A stretch of 64,000 nt of DNA from a candidate division WOR-3 bacterium (lineage in GTDB: Bacteria > Hydrothermota > Tepidihabitantia > Tepidihabitantales > Tepidihabitantaceae), in NCBI GenBank assembly GCA_965649165.1, contig CBFGJT010000006.1:1592-65591 (forward strand), read 5' to 3'. This document shows positions 1-8,728 of this stretch, piece by piece (the stretch's first letter is position 1; every line of letters begins with the position of its first letter). Both the position numbers and the translations under genes were made by a program. A model generated the notes under the pieces. That model did no database searches and had not been told where the DNA came from. It saw only the letters and a list, made by a program, of their open reading frames with translations.

Positions 1-208
1 GGGTAGTTCCGCTAAGAGCCCCCACTATCGACAGGTCAGCCCTATTCAGAACGCATCATTTCAGGACTCTTTCCCCAGTCCTCATGTCGGTTAAAACTAC
101 CGGCTCTTCCCCCACTCAGCAAGCCGTCAACCCGTTCGGGCTACTGGCAGAGTTAAACCCGATATTGCATTTTTTGACAGTCTGCCGATAATTGGCACAC
201 TATAAATT

Positions 209-1855
209 ATGCGGGTTGCTATCGCCCAGTTGAACCCCGTAGTTGGTGACATCGCTGGAAATATCCGTCAGCTGGAGGCAGCACTCAAGCAGGTCTGCAG
301 TCATCAGGCGGATCTATTAGTTCTGCCTGAGCTCTTCGTCACCGGTTATCCGCCCAAGGATCTGCTGGAGTTGCCCTGGTTTATCCAGAAGGCGGAATCG
401 GCACTAAAAGAAGTCGCCCGGCTTTCGCATGATTACAGGTGTGCAATTCTGGTTGGCGGAGTCATAAGGAATCAGCGCCCAACCGGCAGAGGAATTTACA
501 ACTGTGCCCTCGGCTTTCATCAGGGGCAGCAGGTCTTTTGCCAGCCCAAACTCCTGCTGCCGTTCTATGACGTTTTTGACGAAACGCGGTACTTTGATCC
601 AGGTTCGGAAGTAACGCTCTGGAATTTTGGTGATGAACGCCTAGGTGTTTCCATCTGCGAGGATGCCTGGAATCTGTCTCAGTTTCATCCCAAATACCGC
701 TACCAGCTGGACCCTGTTACTGAGCAGGCCCGACTGGGCGCTACCCTGCTGCTCAACATTGCCGCCTCGCCCTTCTGGCTGGGTAAACCGGCACTGCGTC
801 TGGAAATGCTTAAGCAACACTGCATACGCCATCGTCTGCCGTTCATCTTTGTCAATCAGGTCGGAGCCAATGATGAACTGATATTTGACGGCAACAGCCT
901 TGTTATGGATGCCGACGGCAACATCCGAGCAAACCTCAACCCGTTTCAAGAACAGGTCTTCATTTTCGATACCCGCGCCCTGCCAGCAGTACCACCAGCA
1001 GTAGACAAAAATGAGGAATTAGAATCGGTATATCAGGCGCTTGTCTTGGGTATTCGTGACTACTTCCGGAAGTGCGGATTTCAAAGGGCGGTAATCGGCC
1101 TGTCCGGCGGTATTGACTCGGCAGTTACTGCCTGTCTTGCAGTCGCCGCCCTTACCCCGGGAAATGTGCTCGGTGTAACCATGCCTTCTGAGTTTTCCTC
1201 CGAGGGCAGCGTAAATGACTCTAGGCGCCTCGCCACTAACCTCGGGATTGAACTCCTAACTATTCCGATAACCCCGCTCTTCCGTCAGTTCCTTACATGC
1301 CTCAAGCCGGTATTTGGCGACCGCCCTTGGGATGAAACCGAAGAAAACATTCAGGCGCGGCTACGGGGTAATATCCTGATGGCACTCGCCAACAAGTTCA
1401 ATGCACTTGTCCTTGCCACTGGTAATAAGAGCGAACTGGCGGTCGGTTATTGCACTCTTTACGGTGACCTCAACGGCAGCCTGGCAGTAATCGGGGATCT
1501 GCCGAAGACCATGGTCTATAAACTTGCCCGCCATATTAACCGAGCGCGGGAAATTATCCCCCAGGCGATCATCACCAAGGTTCCCTCAGCAGAACTCCGC
1601 CCTAACCAGAAGGATGAGGACACTCTGCCTCCTTACCCCTTACTTGACCAGATTCTGGAACTTCATATTGAAGCCGGGCAGTCAGCCGATGAAATCATTG
1701 CCCAGGGGCTGCCACCAGAAACGGTCCGCTGGGTAGTTCGACAGGTCGCCAGAATGGAATACAAGCGCCGTCAGGCGCCGCTAGTACTTCGGATCACCAG
1801 TCGGGCATTCGGCACCGGGCGACGGTTCCCAATTGCTGCCCGCTATCAGGACTAA
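209..1855 (+). CDS. nadE: Glutamine-dependent NAD+ synthetase (CN-hydrolase glutaminase domain fused to NAD synthetase domain)
   Basis: 548-aa ORF. The N-terminal half is nitrilase-type (catalytic Cys context VSICEDAW). The C-terminal half has the ATP-PPase P-loop GLSGGIDS. Confidence 0.9.
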   Translation: MRVAIAQLNPVVGDIAGNIRQLEAALKQVCSHQADLLVLPELFVTGYPPKDLLELPWFIQKAESALKEVARLSHDYRCAILVGGVIRNQRPTGRGIYNCALGFHQGQQVFCQPKLLLPFYDVFDETRYFDPGSEVTLWNFGDERLGVSICEDAWNLSQFHPKYRYQLDPVTEQARLGATLLLNIAASPFWLGKPALRLEMLKQHCIRHRLPFIFVNQVGANDELIFDGNSLVMDADGNIRANLNPFQEQVFIFDTRALPAVPPAVDKNEELESVYQALVLGIRDYFRKCGFQRAVIGLSGGIDSAVTACLAVAALTPGNVLGVTMPSEFSSEGSVNDSRRLATNLGIELLTIPITPLFRQFLTCLKPVFGDRPWDETEENIQARLRGNILMALANKFNALVLATGNKSELAVGYCTLYGDLNGSLAVIGDLPKTMVYKLARHINRAREIIPQAIITKVPSAELRPNQKDEDTLPPYPLLDQILELHIEAGQSADEIIAQGLPPETVRWVVRQVARMEYKRRQAPLVLRITSRAFGTGRRFPIAARYQD

Positions 1856-1878
1856 AATTATCTGTTCTCCCAAACTTA

Positions 1879-3888
1879 TCATTCCAGCCGGACCTTCAGC
1901 GCCTGCAGCTCCCGGAGATTCGGCATCAACCGCAGCGCCTGCCGGACATAAGCCATCGCCTCCGCTTTGTTGCCGCGATCGATCATCAGTACCGCCAAGT
2001 TGTAAAGTGCCGGCACACAGTCCGGGTCCAGCTCCAACGCCCGGCGGTAGTAAAGCTCAGCCGATACCGTGTCGCCCAGTGCCACCAGCATACTGCCCAG
2101 CCGATTAACCAGCAGTGCCCGGCTTTTGGCAGTAGAGACGCTCGTGTCTGCTGATTGAAGAGTGTAAAACCCGTTGATTATCAGCCTTGCACTGTCACGC
2201 CATGCCGGTTCAACCGTTAAGAGCCGACTAAGTATCTCCCCAGCCTCCTTTGTTCTACCGCCAATACCGGTGGTGAGCGCCCGACCTAGCAGAGATGGGA
2301 CTAGGGTGGAATCAATTGCCAGTGCCTGCTCGAACCGCGCCCCAGCGCTGTCAACTCTTCCGGCAAAGAGATATCCGTAGCCGAAGTTGTTATGCACTCG
2401 GGCGGAACCGGGTTCCAGCTCTTCAGCAAGTCGCAGGTGGTGAAACATCCGGCGTAAGTCCCCCTTCCGGGCATAAAGCCCGGCGATGTTTATATGCGCT
2501 TCAACCAGCCCCTGATCCAGAATGATCGCACGGTTCAGAAGCCGGATTGCCGAATCGGGATTTGATGGGCTCAGCACCCGCGCCAGTCCCATGTAGGCGC
2601 TCGGGGCTCCTGGTGCCTCCCGGACCATCGCTGAAAACAGACTGAATTCATTCTCCCAGACCGGCATGCGCCGGAAACTGTCATATCCGAACACAATGGC
2701 GGTCAGTGCCAGCAGTGCTCCAGCAGCCTGCCGGGTGCGGTTGAGTGACCAAAGCAGCCGGGAGAGAAGCACTACCACCAGACCAACCAGACCTGCGGAG
2801 GCAGGATATAGAAGCCTTTCCGCTGCCTGCGGTCCGAGGAGAATAATATTGCTCACTGGTAGGAGAAGTAGAAATGCCCAAGCATAAGTCCAGAGCGCCA
2901 GCCGGAATCTTGCTCTGAGCGCTGCCAGTGGCACCGAAAAAAGAAATATCAGCGCATAAAGGAAAGAAGACTGGGGTTTCAGAAACGCCGGGTTTACCGG
3001 AATCTTGACATGGTGATCAAAGGGCCAGAAAAACATCCGAATGTAATAGCCGAAGGTATTGATCGCATTAGTAAGATCGACCGGGGAAAAGCCAGCCGGC
3101 ATCGGTATTGCTTGACGGAATACAATCCACCGCATGACCAGATATGCCCCCCCCGCGAGGAAAACACCCAGTACCATCAGATAAAACCCCCGCAGCGGCC
3201 GTACCTGAATCAGAAGCGGTGTCAACAGCACCAGCACCGGAAACGTAATGCCGGTCTCCTTGCTTAACACCCCGAAAAGAAAAAGCGGCGGCACCAGCCA
3301 CCACCAGCGCCGGTCCCGCTTCCGAAATGAGCGCAGTAGTGCAAAACCGGCTCCGGCAATGAATACGGTGAGCAGTAGGTCGGTCCGGCCCGAAACAAAG
3401 GCGATCGACTCCACATGAGTCGGATGAGTTGCAAACAGCAACCCGGCAATCCCCGCCCAGACACCGGAATGCAGCAGCTCCCACACGATCAGCGCAACCA
3501 GCACAGTTGATATTGCTGCCAAGACTACATTTACCAGATGAAAATATGCCGGGTTCAAACCGGCAAGTTTCAGATCCAGCCAGAAACTCAGTGTAGTCAG
3601 TGGACGGTAGTAAACCAAATATCGGTTCCATTCCGCCGCCTCGGTTCCACCCCAGAAGGGCCGGGCAAAAATACCCCAAGGCCCGGATTTGGTCAATAGA
3701 CGGTTTTCGACAATCAGCAGCCGGTCGTCCCAGACAAACTGATACTTCAGAGTCTGAAGATACAGCACCACCTGAATCATCGCTAGCGCTGCCAGAATCA
3801 GAGTCAGCCCGGGACGGGTGCGGAGTCGTTCAGCAATCTGTTGACTGCTCATTAATTCAAAGTTTCTAAAACCTTTGCACTCTGTCAA
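1879..3888 (-). CDS. Multi-pass membrane protein with C-terminal TPR repeats (possibly a PMT/ArnT-like GT-C glycosyltransferase)
   Basis: 669-aa ORF. The first ~420 aa are strongly hydrophobic and multi-spanning. The last ~230 aa are TPR-like (e.g. ELYYRRALELDPDCVPALYNLAVL). The true start may be the internal MSSQQ at 3852. Confidence 0.6.
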   Translation of the reverse strand: MTECKGFRNFELMSSQQIAERLRTRPGLTLILAALAMIQVVLYLQTLKYQFVWDDRLLIVENRLLTKSGPWGIFARPFWGGTEAAEWNRYLVYYRPLTTLSFWLDLKLAGLNPAYFHLVNVVLAAISTVLVALIVWELLHSGVWAGIAGLLFATHPTHVESIAFVSGRTDLLLTVFIAGAGFALLRSFRKRDRRWWWLVPPLFLFGVLSKETGITFPVLVLLTPLLIQVRPLRGFYLMVLGVFLAGGAYLVMRWIVFRQAIPMPAGFSPVDLTNAINTFGYYIRMFFWPFDHHVKIPVNPAFLKPQSSFLYALIFLFSVPLAALRARFRLALWTYAWAFLLLLPVSNIILLGPQAAERLLYPASAGLVGLVVVLLSRLLWSLNRTRQAAGALLALTAIVFGYDSFRRMPVWENEFSLFSAMVREAPGAPSAYMGLARVLSPSNPDSAIRLLNRAIILDQGLVEAHINIAGLYARKGDLRRMFHHLRLAEELEPGSARVHNNFGYGYLFAGRVDSAGARFEQALAIDSTLVPSLLGRALTTGIGGRTKEAGEILSRLLTVEPAWRDSARLIINGFYTLQSADTSVSTAKSRALLVNRLGSMLVALGDTVSAELYYRRALELDPDCVPALYNLAVLMIDRGNKAEAMAYVRQALRLMPNLRELQALKVRLE

Positions 3889-3912
3889 CTAAATAAATAC
3901 AGGTCTTGCTGT

Positions 3913-3940
3913 TTGACAGCCCCCCACTGCCAGATATAAT
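3913..3940 (+). promoter_or_regulatory. Sigma-70-type promoter (TTGACA, 16-nt spacer, TATAAT)
   Basis: TTGACA at 3913-3918 and TATAAT at 3935-3940. The predicted +1 is near 3947. Confidence 0.45.
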
Positions 3941-4114
3941 AGTTATATCAGGCGACCGAATCTGATACTAATACCTCTGACCCATCTGCTCATCTCCTGT
4001 CTTTGCCACCAGGCGGGCAGAACAGTACTTCAACCCATCGCCCGATTCGCGCCCCCGCCGGTAATTGACAGCGAAACCCTCGTTTATGAATGGATAAATC
4101 TGAGAGACAAATCC

Positions 4115-4735
4115 GTGCCTTTAGGTACCCGACTGACGAAAGTCAACCGGGTAAATCTTGAAATCCCATGTTTCCGGCTTGCCATCATCGACCAGTTCCC
4201 GGCTCCGAATTTCCGAGGTGCAAACCGCTACCGGACCGAATCGACTGTGGTTACCTTCAACCGCGAGGATCTCACACCTCTGAGCTCGCTCATCTATCCG
4301 GCAGAAAATGATACCCTGCTGTTTATTGCCGCGCACTATCAGGAACGAAATGCCCGGATCATTACTCGCACTTCTGACGGCGATATTGAAAACCGTCTGC
4401 CCACCGGTGCCCTGACATATGATTTCTGCCAACTGCCTTTCCTCTGCCGGAGTTTAAAAATCATCAGCGCTGAAATACCACTCCATATTCTCATGATCAC
4501 TCCGTTAACCGCACCCCTGGGCGGAATGTCAACTATTGCTGAACTGAGTCTTGTTGGCACCGATACCATAGACATTCCCGCCGGCTCATTTGAATGTGAG
4601 AAAATCCTGGTCCATCAGCCACACCTTGACGAAATTTACTGGATAGAAAAAAACGGCGCCCGAAAAATCATACTGTATGAGAACCTCTCCACCGGCAAGG
4701 GCCTAAGACTGACCGCCTCCGCTGTCAACTTTTAA
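4115..4735 (+). CDS. Hypothetical secreted protein or lipoprotein; the reading frame very likely begins upstream, near 3947
   Basis: ORF-track call is 206 aa starting at GTG 4115. The same frame is open back to 3917 and encodes a lipoprotein-type signal peptide (RRPNLILIPLTHLLISC) with no canonical start codon (see findings). Confidence 0.6.
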   Translation: MPLGTRLTKVNRVNLEIPCFRLAIIDQFPAPNFRGANRYRTESTVVTFNREDLTPLSSLIYPAENDTLLFIAAHYQERNARIITRTSDGDIENRLPTGALTYDFCQLPFLCRSLKIISAEIPLHILMITPLTAPLGGMSTIAELSLVGTDTIDIPAGSFECEKILVHQPHLDEIYWIEKNGARKIILYENLSTGKGLRLTASAVNF

Positions 4736-4879
4736 CACCGATCGCATTGCTAACAGATTGAAAAACAAACACTTGTAATACCAAACCTTGACCAGGTCTT
4801 AAAATGTCGCATTAAAACAAAATTAGACCTAACCCTATAACATATTGACAATTAAGAACTTGTATTTAAAGTTCTTTAT

Positions 4880-4895
4880 TGGCATACACGGTGCT
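4880..4895 (+). promoter_or_regulatory. Candidate sigma-54 (-24/-12) promoter
   Basis: TGGCAT-acacg-GTGCT. The GG and GC dinucleotides are separated by 10 nt, as in the consensus TGGCAC-N5-TTGCW. Confidence 0.35.
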
Positions 4896-4904
4896 TTTTA
4901 ATAT

Positions 4905-5200
4905 TAACGGGTTACATCCGAAAACGGATGTAACAAGAAGGAGGGAGTTTGGGGGTTGCGTTAGTTCGTTTGTAACGCAGGCGGGCTGATGTGGGCTCCA
5001 TAGTTTACCACCCCAGCAGTCCTCTCCAAAATCGGGCCTGTCTTAAAGAAGGCTCGCGCCTATCCACCTTAAGTCTCTGACTGCTTGCTGCCTACATCAG
5101 CCCGCCCCCAAATTAAGCCCCAAGGACGGAAATTTGCGGCTACCGCCGGTTGCCTCCTTAAAAAATCCGGGGCTTGACATCGCGTCAAGCCCCGGTTTTC
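4905..5200 (+). ncRNA. Candidate structured non-coding RNA of unknown family
   Basis: No credible ORF. A perfect 10-bp tetraloop hairpin lies at 4911-4934. A 17-bp long-range helix pairs 4980-4996 with 5090-5106. Complementary segments nest outside it. The locus ends at an intrinsic terminator, and no downstream same-strand gene exists. Confidence 0.35.
5167..5200. terminator. Bidirectional rho-independent terminator
   Basis: 12-bp stem CCGGGGCTTGAC/GTCAAGCCCCGG, flanked by an A-run (5159-5164) and TTTT (5196-5199). It sits 12 nt beyond the stop of the C25 peptidase gene. Confidence 0.65.
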
Positions 5201-5211
5201 GCCTCTGCCCG

Positions 5212-8200
5212 TTATTGGATGCGGACCAGTTTTTCCGTCTGCCCGTTAACCTTCAGGAAGAATATACCCCGCTCCGGGACCCTGGGTACCCAGTGCCAGT
5301 TTCCCGAAACCCCGGCATCGAGGATGTCCACCTGCTCCATTAGTCTTCCACTTGAATTATAAACCCGCATTTTCAGTGAACCGGGCTGATCCTGAATATA
5401 ACTAATGTTTACACTACGACTAAAAACCTTCGGCCGAACCTGGATCCGGAGCCGGAACAGGCGGCCTGGTCCTGCTTCTCTCATTCCTACCTGTGGCTCA
5501 TACCAGTTGAATGCGGTATCGGATGCGGCACTCATCTGCGCGACCGTTCTGCCACCGACAATGACGAAGGCAACAATCTGGCTGTCTCCGGGCAGAATCG
5601 CAAAGGGCCCGCAGGAGACCAGAGCATGCCAGTTCCCCCTGTTTGTTCCAGATACAGCACGTTGGGTGCCATCAAGAAAGTCCATCTTTTCCCTCTTGTT
5701 AAAACCGTCCTGAATATAGGTCTGATGAAAGATGCAGTTGGCAAAACCGGAAGCCTCCGGCGGATAAATTGGTCGGACACCAAGCGTCAGTGTTTCTGGC
5801 TGTGCCCGGACATAGGCAAGGTTGCGGATAGTGTCCACTCCGGGATAATCCACCGAATCGTTCTGGTTCCAGAATGCGGTCCGGAAATCGCATGCAACAC
5901 CAGCCCAGAGGTCGGTAATTGGCATCGTATCATTATTATGAATCCGGTATTCAAGTACCATGAAATCCTTGTGCTGGGTCCGCGCGCTCACAAATGAACG
6001 CTGAGTGATGGTTATTCCCTTCGGCTGGGGATGCCGGGCATCGGAGAATACCGCAACAAACTCCTGATCCCCGAATTCCGGCGGGAGCACCGGCCGGATC
6101 GAATCCACGATCGCAAAGTCCTGAGCCGTCACCCACCAGGGTGTGCCGTAATAATTGTCTGCCACCCAGAAAGTATCCGGGTATCTGATACCTAACAGCA
6201 GTGCGCCGTGCATCATTGCTGATGAGGACCAGGGGTGATTTTTCGGGTAAATGAACCCCAACCCTTCGCCCCGCCAGCTGGTAGTTCCGATACCACCGTT
6301 TGCACACACCGCAGCAACAAAGTCTGCAGTATCGTGGACCGCCCAAATCCCGGCGCGGGCATGGGGCATACCGATGACTACTTCCAGCTGTGAGGTGAAG
6401 GTCACCGAATCGGCATTGATTGTCAGTTCAAGCTCAACCCGCTGTCCGTGGGGACAGGTCGGGCTTACCCGCAGCCGGAACGGTTCGCCCGAAGCGGTAT
6501 CGCCCGGAGCGGTTGCTGGATAGCTGTTCACCGAATCTATTAAGGTTATGAAGGGCGAACATACGTGCAGAATTGCGGTCGCATTTCCTGCTGCCTGATT
6601 GCCATCGTTCGCAATTGTAATATAAACATTCACCTCGTCACCAGGGTCCAATCGCCCGTTTTCGTCGTCAACCCGAAGGTCGCGATACACAAGCAAGGGC
6701 CCGGCGTTACCGCTCCTTACTGCCAACATTTTCTCTGTCGGTGCACCGTCCTGTGCGGTTACGCTCAGTATTAGGCTCCAGGTATCACCAACCTGACTGA
6801 GCACTACCTGCGCCCGGCCATTTCCGTTGGTGATACCGCGTCCTATCAATGCGTCACTATGCAGTACCGCCACCCTGGCACCAGCTGCTGGCTGCCCCTC
6901 GGCATACCGCACATCAACCGCAAGTATCTGAGGTTCTGCCCGAATCGTATCCAGGCAGGAAACGAGTAGACCCTTGGGTGTAGTGCGCCACAATAGCATC
7001 GTCGGATCTCCCTGCAGCGTCCACTCATAGACTGACCAGCGATAGGTCATTTGACTAAAAGCAGCGTTCCGGAAGAAATCCTTAGCTAACGCATATGCCC
7101 TTCCCTGATTGAATCCCCGGAGGTAGTTATTGTAAAACTCCATGCACAGATTCTCTGAAGGCCCCATATTCGGCGGTGCGCCCCAGCCGTAGCGGGCGTT
7201 CAGACAGGTTGATACCGCACCGCCGGCAGTGGCATTAATAAACTGCTCGCCCAGCCCGTCCTGCTGGTCAAAATTTCCGCAGTCACATGCCATTGAGTTG
7301 ACGATAATCGGCATAGTCGTATTGGTCAGCGAGCTGAGGTTGCTGGTGGAAAATGTTGAACCAAACGCACTCACCGAGCCGTGGCCCGCAAAATGAAACA
7401 GATGCCGGCCGGCGTTGATACTCGCCACGCACTGAGACGGACTCATATTGTAGACCGAGTCCACAGTCCAGACTCCGATTCCCGACAGGGCAAGGGCAAT
7501 ATTTCTGTTCACAATCCGGCCGTAATAGTCAATGTTTGACCACAGGGCTTCAAATGGCAAAAGAGCTTTATGGAGATAGGTTGTATCCGGATGGCGCTCA
7601 TAGAGCGTGTCCTTGCGCAGAAAATTGGCAAGGTGACTGGCATCGTCCAGTGGCAGCCGGCCCACCACAATATCGGAAAATAAATCCACAGAATCCGGAT
7701 TGTAATTGGTATAGGAATATTCACCAAACTGCCCGTTGTTGTTAAAATCCCAGGTGCCGTCCAGGTCTGAATAGTAAAGGTCGGCAGGAACGTTGTAAGG
7801 CGAATAGGGCAGATAACCAGTACGGCAGGGCACATGCTGGACATCCCCAGCTAAAACGACATACTTGAGTCCGCGGGTAACAAACAGCTCCTTGAGCAGA
7901 TTCCGGATCTTCTCAGGGTTGTCCCGCCCCGGATACCGAACATAAATCGACTCCGTAGCAAATACCTCGGTAAAGTAACCCTTGCGTTGCAGGTAGCTGG
8001 CAAAACTGCTAACCGCCGGCATTAAGGTGCTGGAGGTAATTACCGCCACATCCAACTCCGGACCGTCAGATTCCACTGTTGCCGGCGCAAACCTTTCAAT
8101 ATCCTTGTGATTAAGCACAAGCCGGGCAACATCTTCACGCACAAGCATCAGCTGGCCGGGACTGAGATGAGTAACCGGGACAGAACCGGATTCATACTCA

Positions 8201-8715
8201 ACCGTCAGCACCGCCCGCTGTGCCAGCCGCAGTCTGCCTGATACCGGGTGATATGCAAACGGACAGAAAAGAAATCCTGCAAGTCGGAACCCGGCTTTGG
8301 TACCGGGGGGGACTGCCTGAACCATCTCTGCCGGGTAAACCAGATCGGATCGGTAGATTTCAGCTCTGGGCGCTACAAAAGGAATTGAGTTAAACCGGGA
8401 TAGCGGCCTCATCGGCTGCACCGGATATAACTTTAAACCTGTGCCGAGTTCGTACCACTCCACCACCCTGAGGTGGACTGAATTCACCCGGGCACCAGGC
8501 GGAATCAGCACGTTTCCCGACAGCACTGGCAACAGTGGTTCTCCGGGCCCATCCGTTGCCAGCACAACCGTTCCCTCAGGAGCAGCAGCCAGTCGGACTA
8601 TGGTCCAGCTGTCCTGCTGACTCAGTATTACTGCTGCCGGGTCAAGATGCAGGCTGATGCTGAGTTCAGCTGCACCGGCAGATGCGGTAAGCAGTATTAT
8701 TAATATATTTTTCAC
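5212..8715 (-). CDS. Peptidase C25 (gingipain-like) family protein with T9SS-type C-terminal sorting domain
   Basis: 1167 aa with a signal peptide. His/Cys catalytic contexts are FHFAGHGS and VNSMACDCGNF. The C-terminus ends GIFFLKVNGQTEKLVRIQ. Confidence 0.8.
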   Translation of the reverse strand: MKNILIILLTASAGAAELSISLHLDPAAVILSQQDSWTIVRLAAAPEGTVVLATDGPGEPLLPVLSGNVLIPPGARVNSVHLRVVEWYELGTGLKLYPVQPMRPLSRFNSIPFVAPRAEIYRSDLVYPAEMVQAVPPGTKAGFRLAGFLFCPFAYHPVSGRLRLAQRAVLTVEYESGSVPVTHLSPGQLMLVREDVARLVLNHKDIERFAPATVESDGPELDVAVITSSTLMPAVSSFASYLQRKGYFTEVFATESIYVRYPGRDNPEKIRNLLKELFVTRGLKYVVLAGDVQHVPCRTGYLPYSPYNVPADLYYSDLDGTWDFNNNGQFGEYSYTNYNPDSVDLFSDIVVGRLPLDDASHLANFLRKDTLYERHPDTTYLHKALLPFEALWSNIDYYGRIVNRNIALALSGIGVWTVDSVYNMSPSQCVASINAGRHLFHFAGHGSVSAFGSTFSTSNLSSLTNTTMPIIVNSMACDCGNFDQQDGLGEQFINATAGGAVSTCLNARYGWGAPPNMGPSENLCMEFYNNYLRGFNQGRAYALAKDFFRNAAFSQMTYRWSVYEWTLQGDPTMLLWRTTPKGLLVSCLDTIRAEPQILAVDVRYAEGQPAAGARVAVLHSDALIGRGITNGNGRAQVVLSQVGDTWSLILSVTAQDGAPTEKMLAVRSGNAGPLLVYRDLRVDDENGRLDPGDEVNVYITIANDGNQAAGNATAILHVCSPFITLIDSVNSYPATAPGDTASGEPFRLRVSPTCPHGQRVELELTINADSVTFTSQLEVVIGMPHARAGIWAVHDTADFVAAVCANGGIGTTSWRGEGLGFIYPKNHPWSSSAMMHGALLLGIRYPDTFWVADNYYGTPWWVTAQDFAIVDSIRPVLPPEFGDQEFVAVFSDARHPQPKGITITQRSFVSARTQHKDFMVLEYRIHNNDTMPITDLWAGVACDFRTAFWNQNDSVDYPGVDTIRNLAYVRAQPETLTLGVRPIYPPEASGFANCIFHQTYIQDGFNKREKMDFLDGTQRAVSGTNRGNWHALVSCGPFAILPGDSQIVAFVIVGGRTVAQMSAASDTAFNWYEPQVGMREAGPGRLFRLRIQVRPKVFSRSVNISYIQDQPGSLKMRVYNSSGRLMEQVDILDAGVSGNWHWVPRVPERGIFFLKVNGQTEKLVRIQ

Positions 8716-8728
8716 CGCGCCTCCTTTG

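Noticed and set aside
193-207. TGGCAC upstream of nadE, and CTGGCAC...TTGC at about 44918-44937, as further sigma-54 promoters
   Set aside because: The first has no GC at the -12 position (AT after a 10-nt spacing). In the second, GG and GC are spaced 13 nt apart instead of 10, and the site lies inside the decayed gene.
4949-4975. 8-codon mini-ORF (TTG GGG GTT GCG TTA GTT CGT TTG TAA) a few nt after an AAGGAGGGAG motif inside the candidate ncRNA
   Set aside because: It is too short, uses a TTG start and cannot be tested for conservation here. The Shine-Dalgarno-like motif is better explained as one strand of a helix pairing with CCTCCTT at 5153-5159. I kept it only as a remote leader-peptide possibility.
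5134-5362. Two + strand ORFs (69 and 62 aa) starting with TTG in the candidate ncRNA 3' region
   Set aside because: They run straight through the terminator hairpin and then antisense into the C-terminal domain of the C25 peptidase gene. They have no Shine-Dalgarno sequence and a P/R/S-rich composition typical of off-frame reading.
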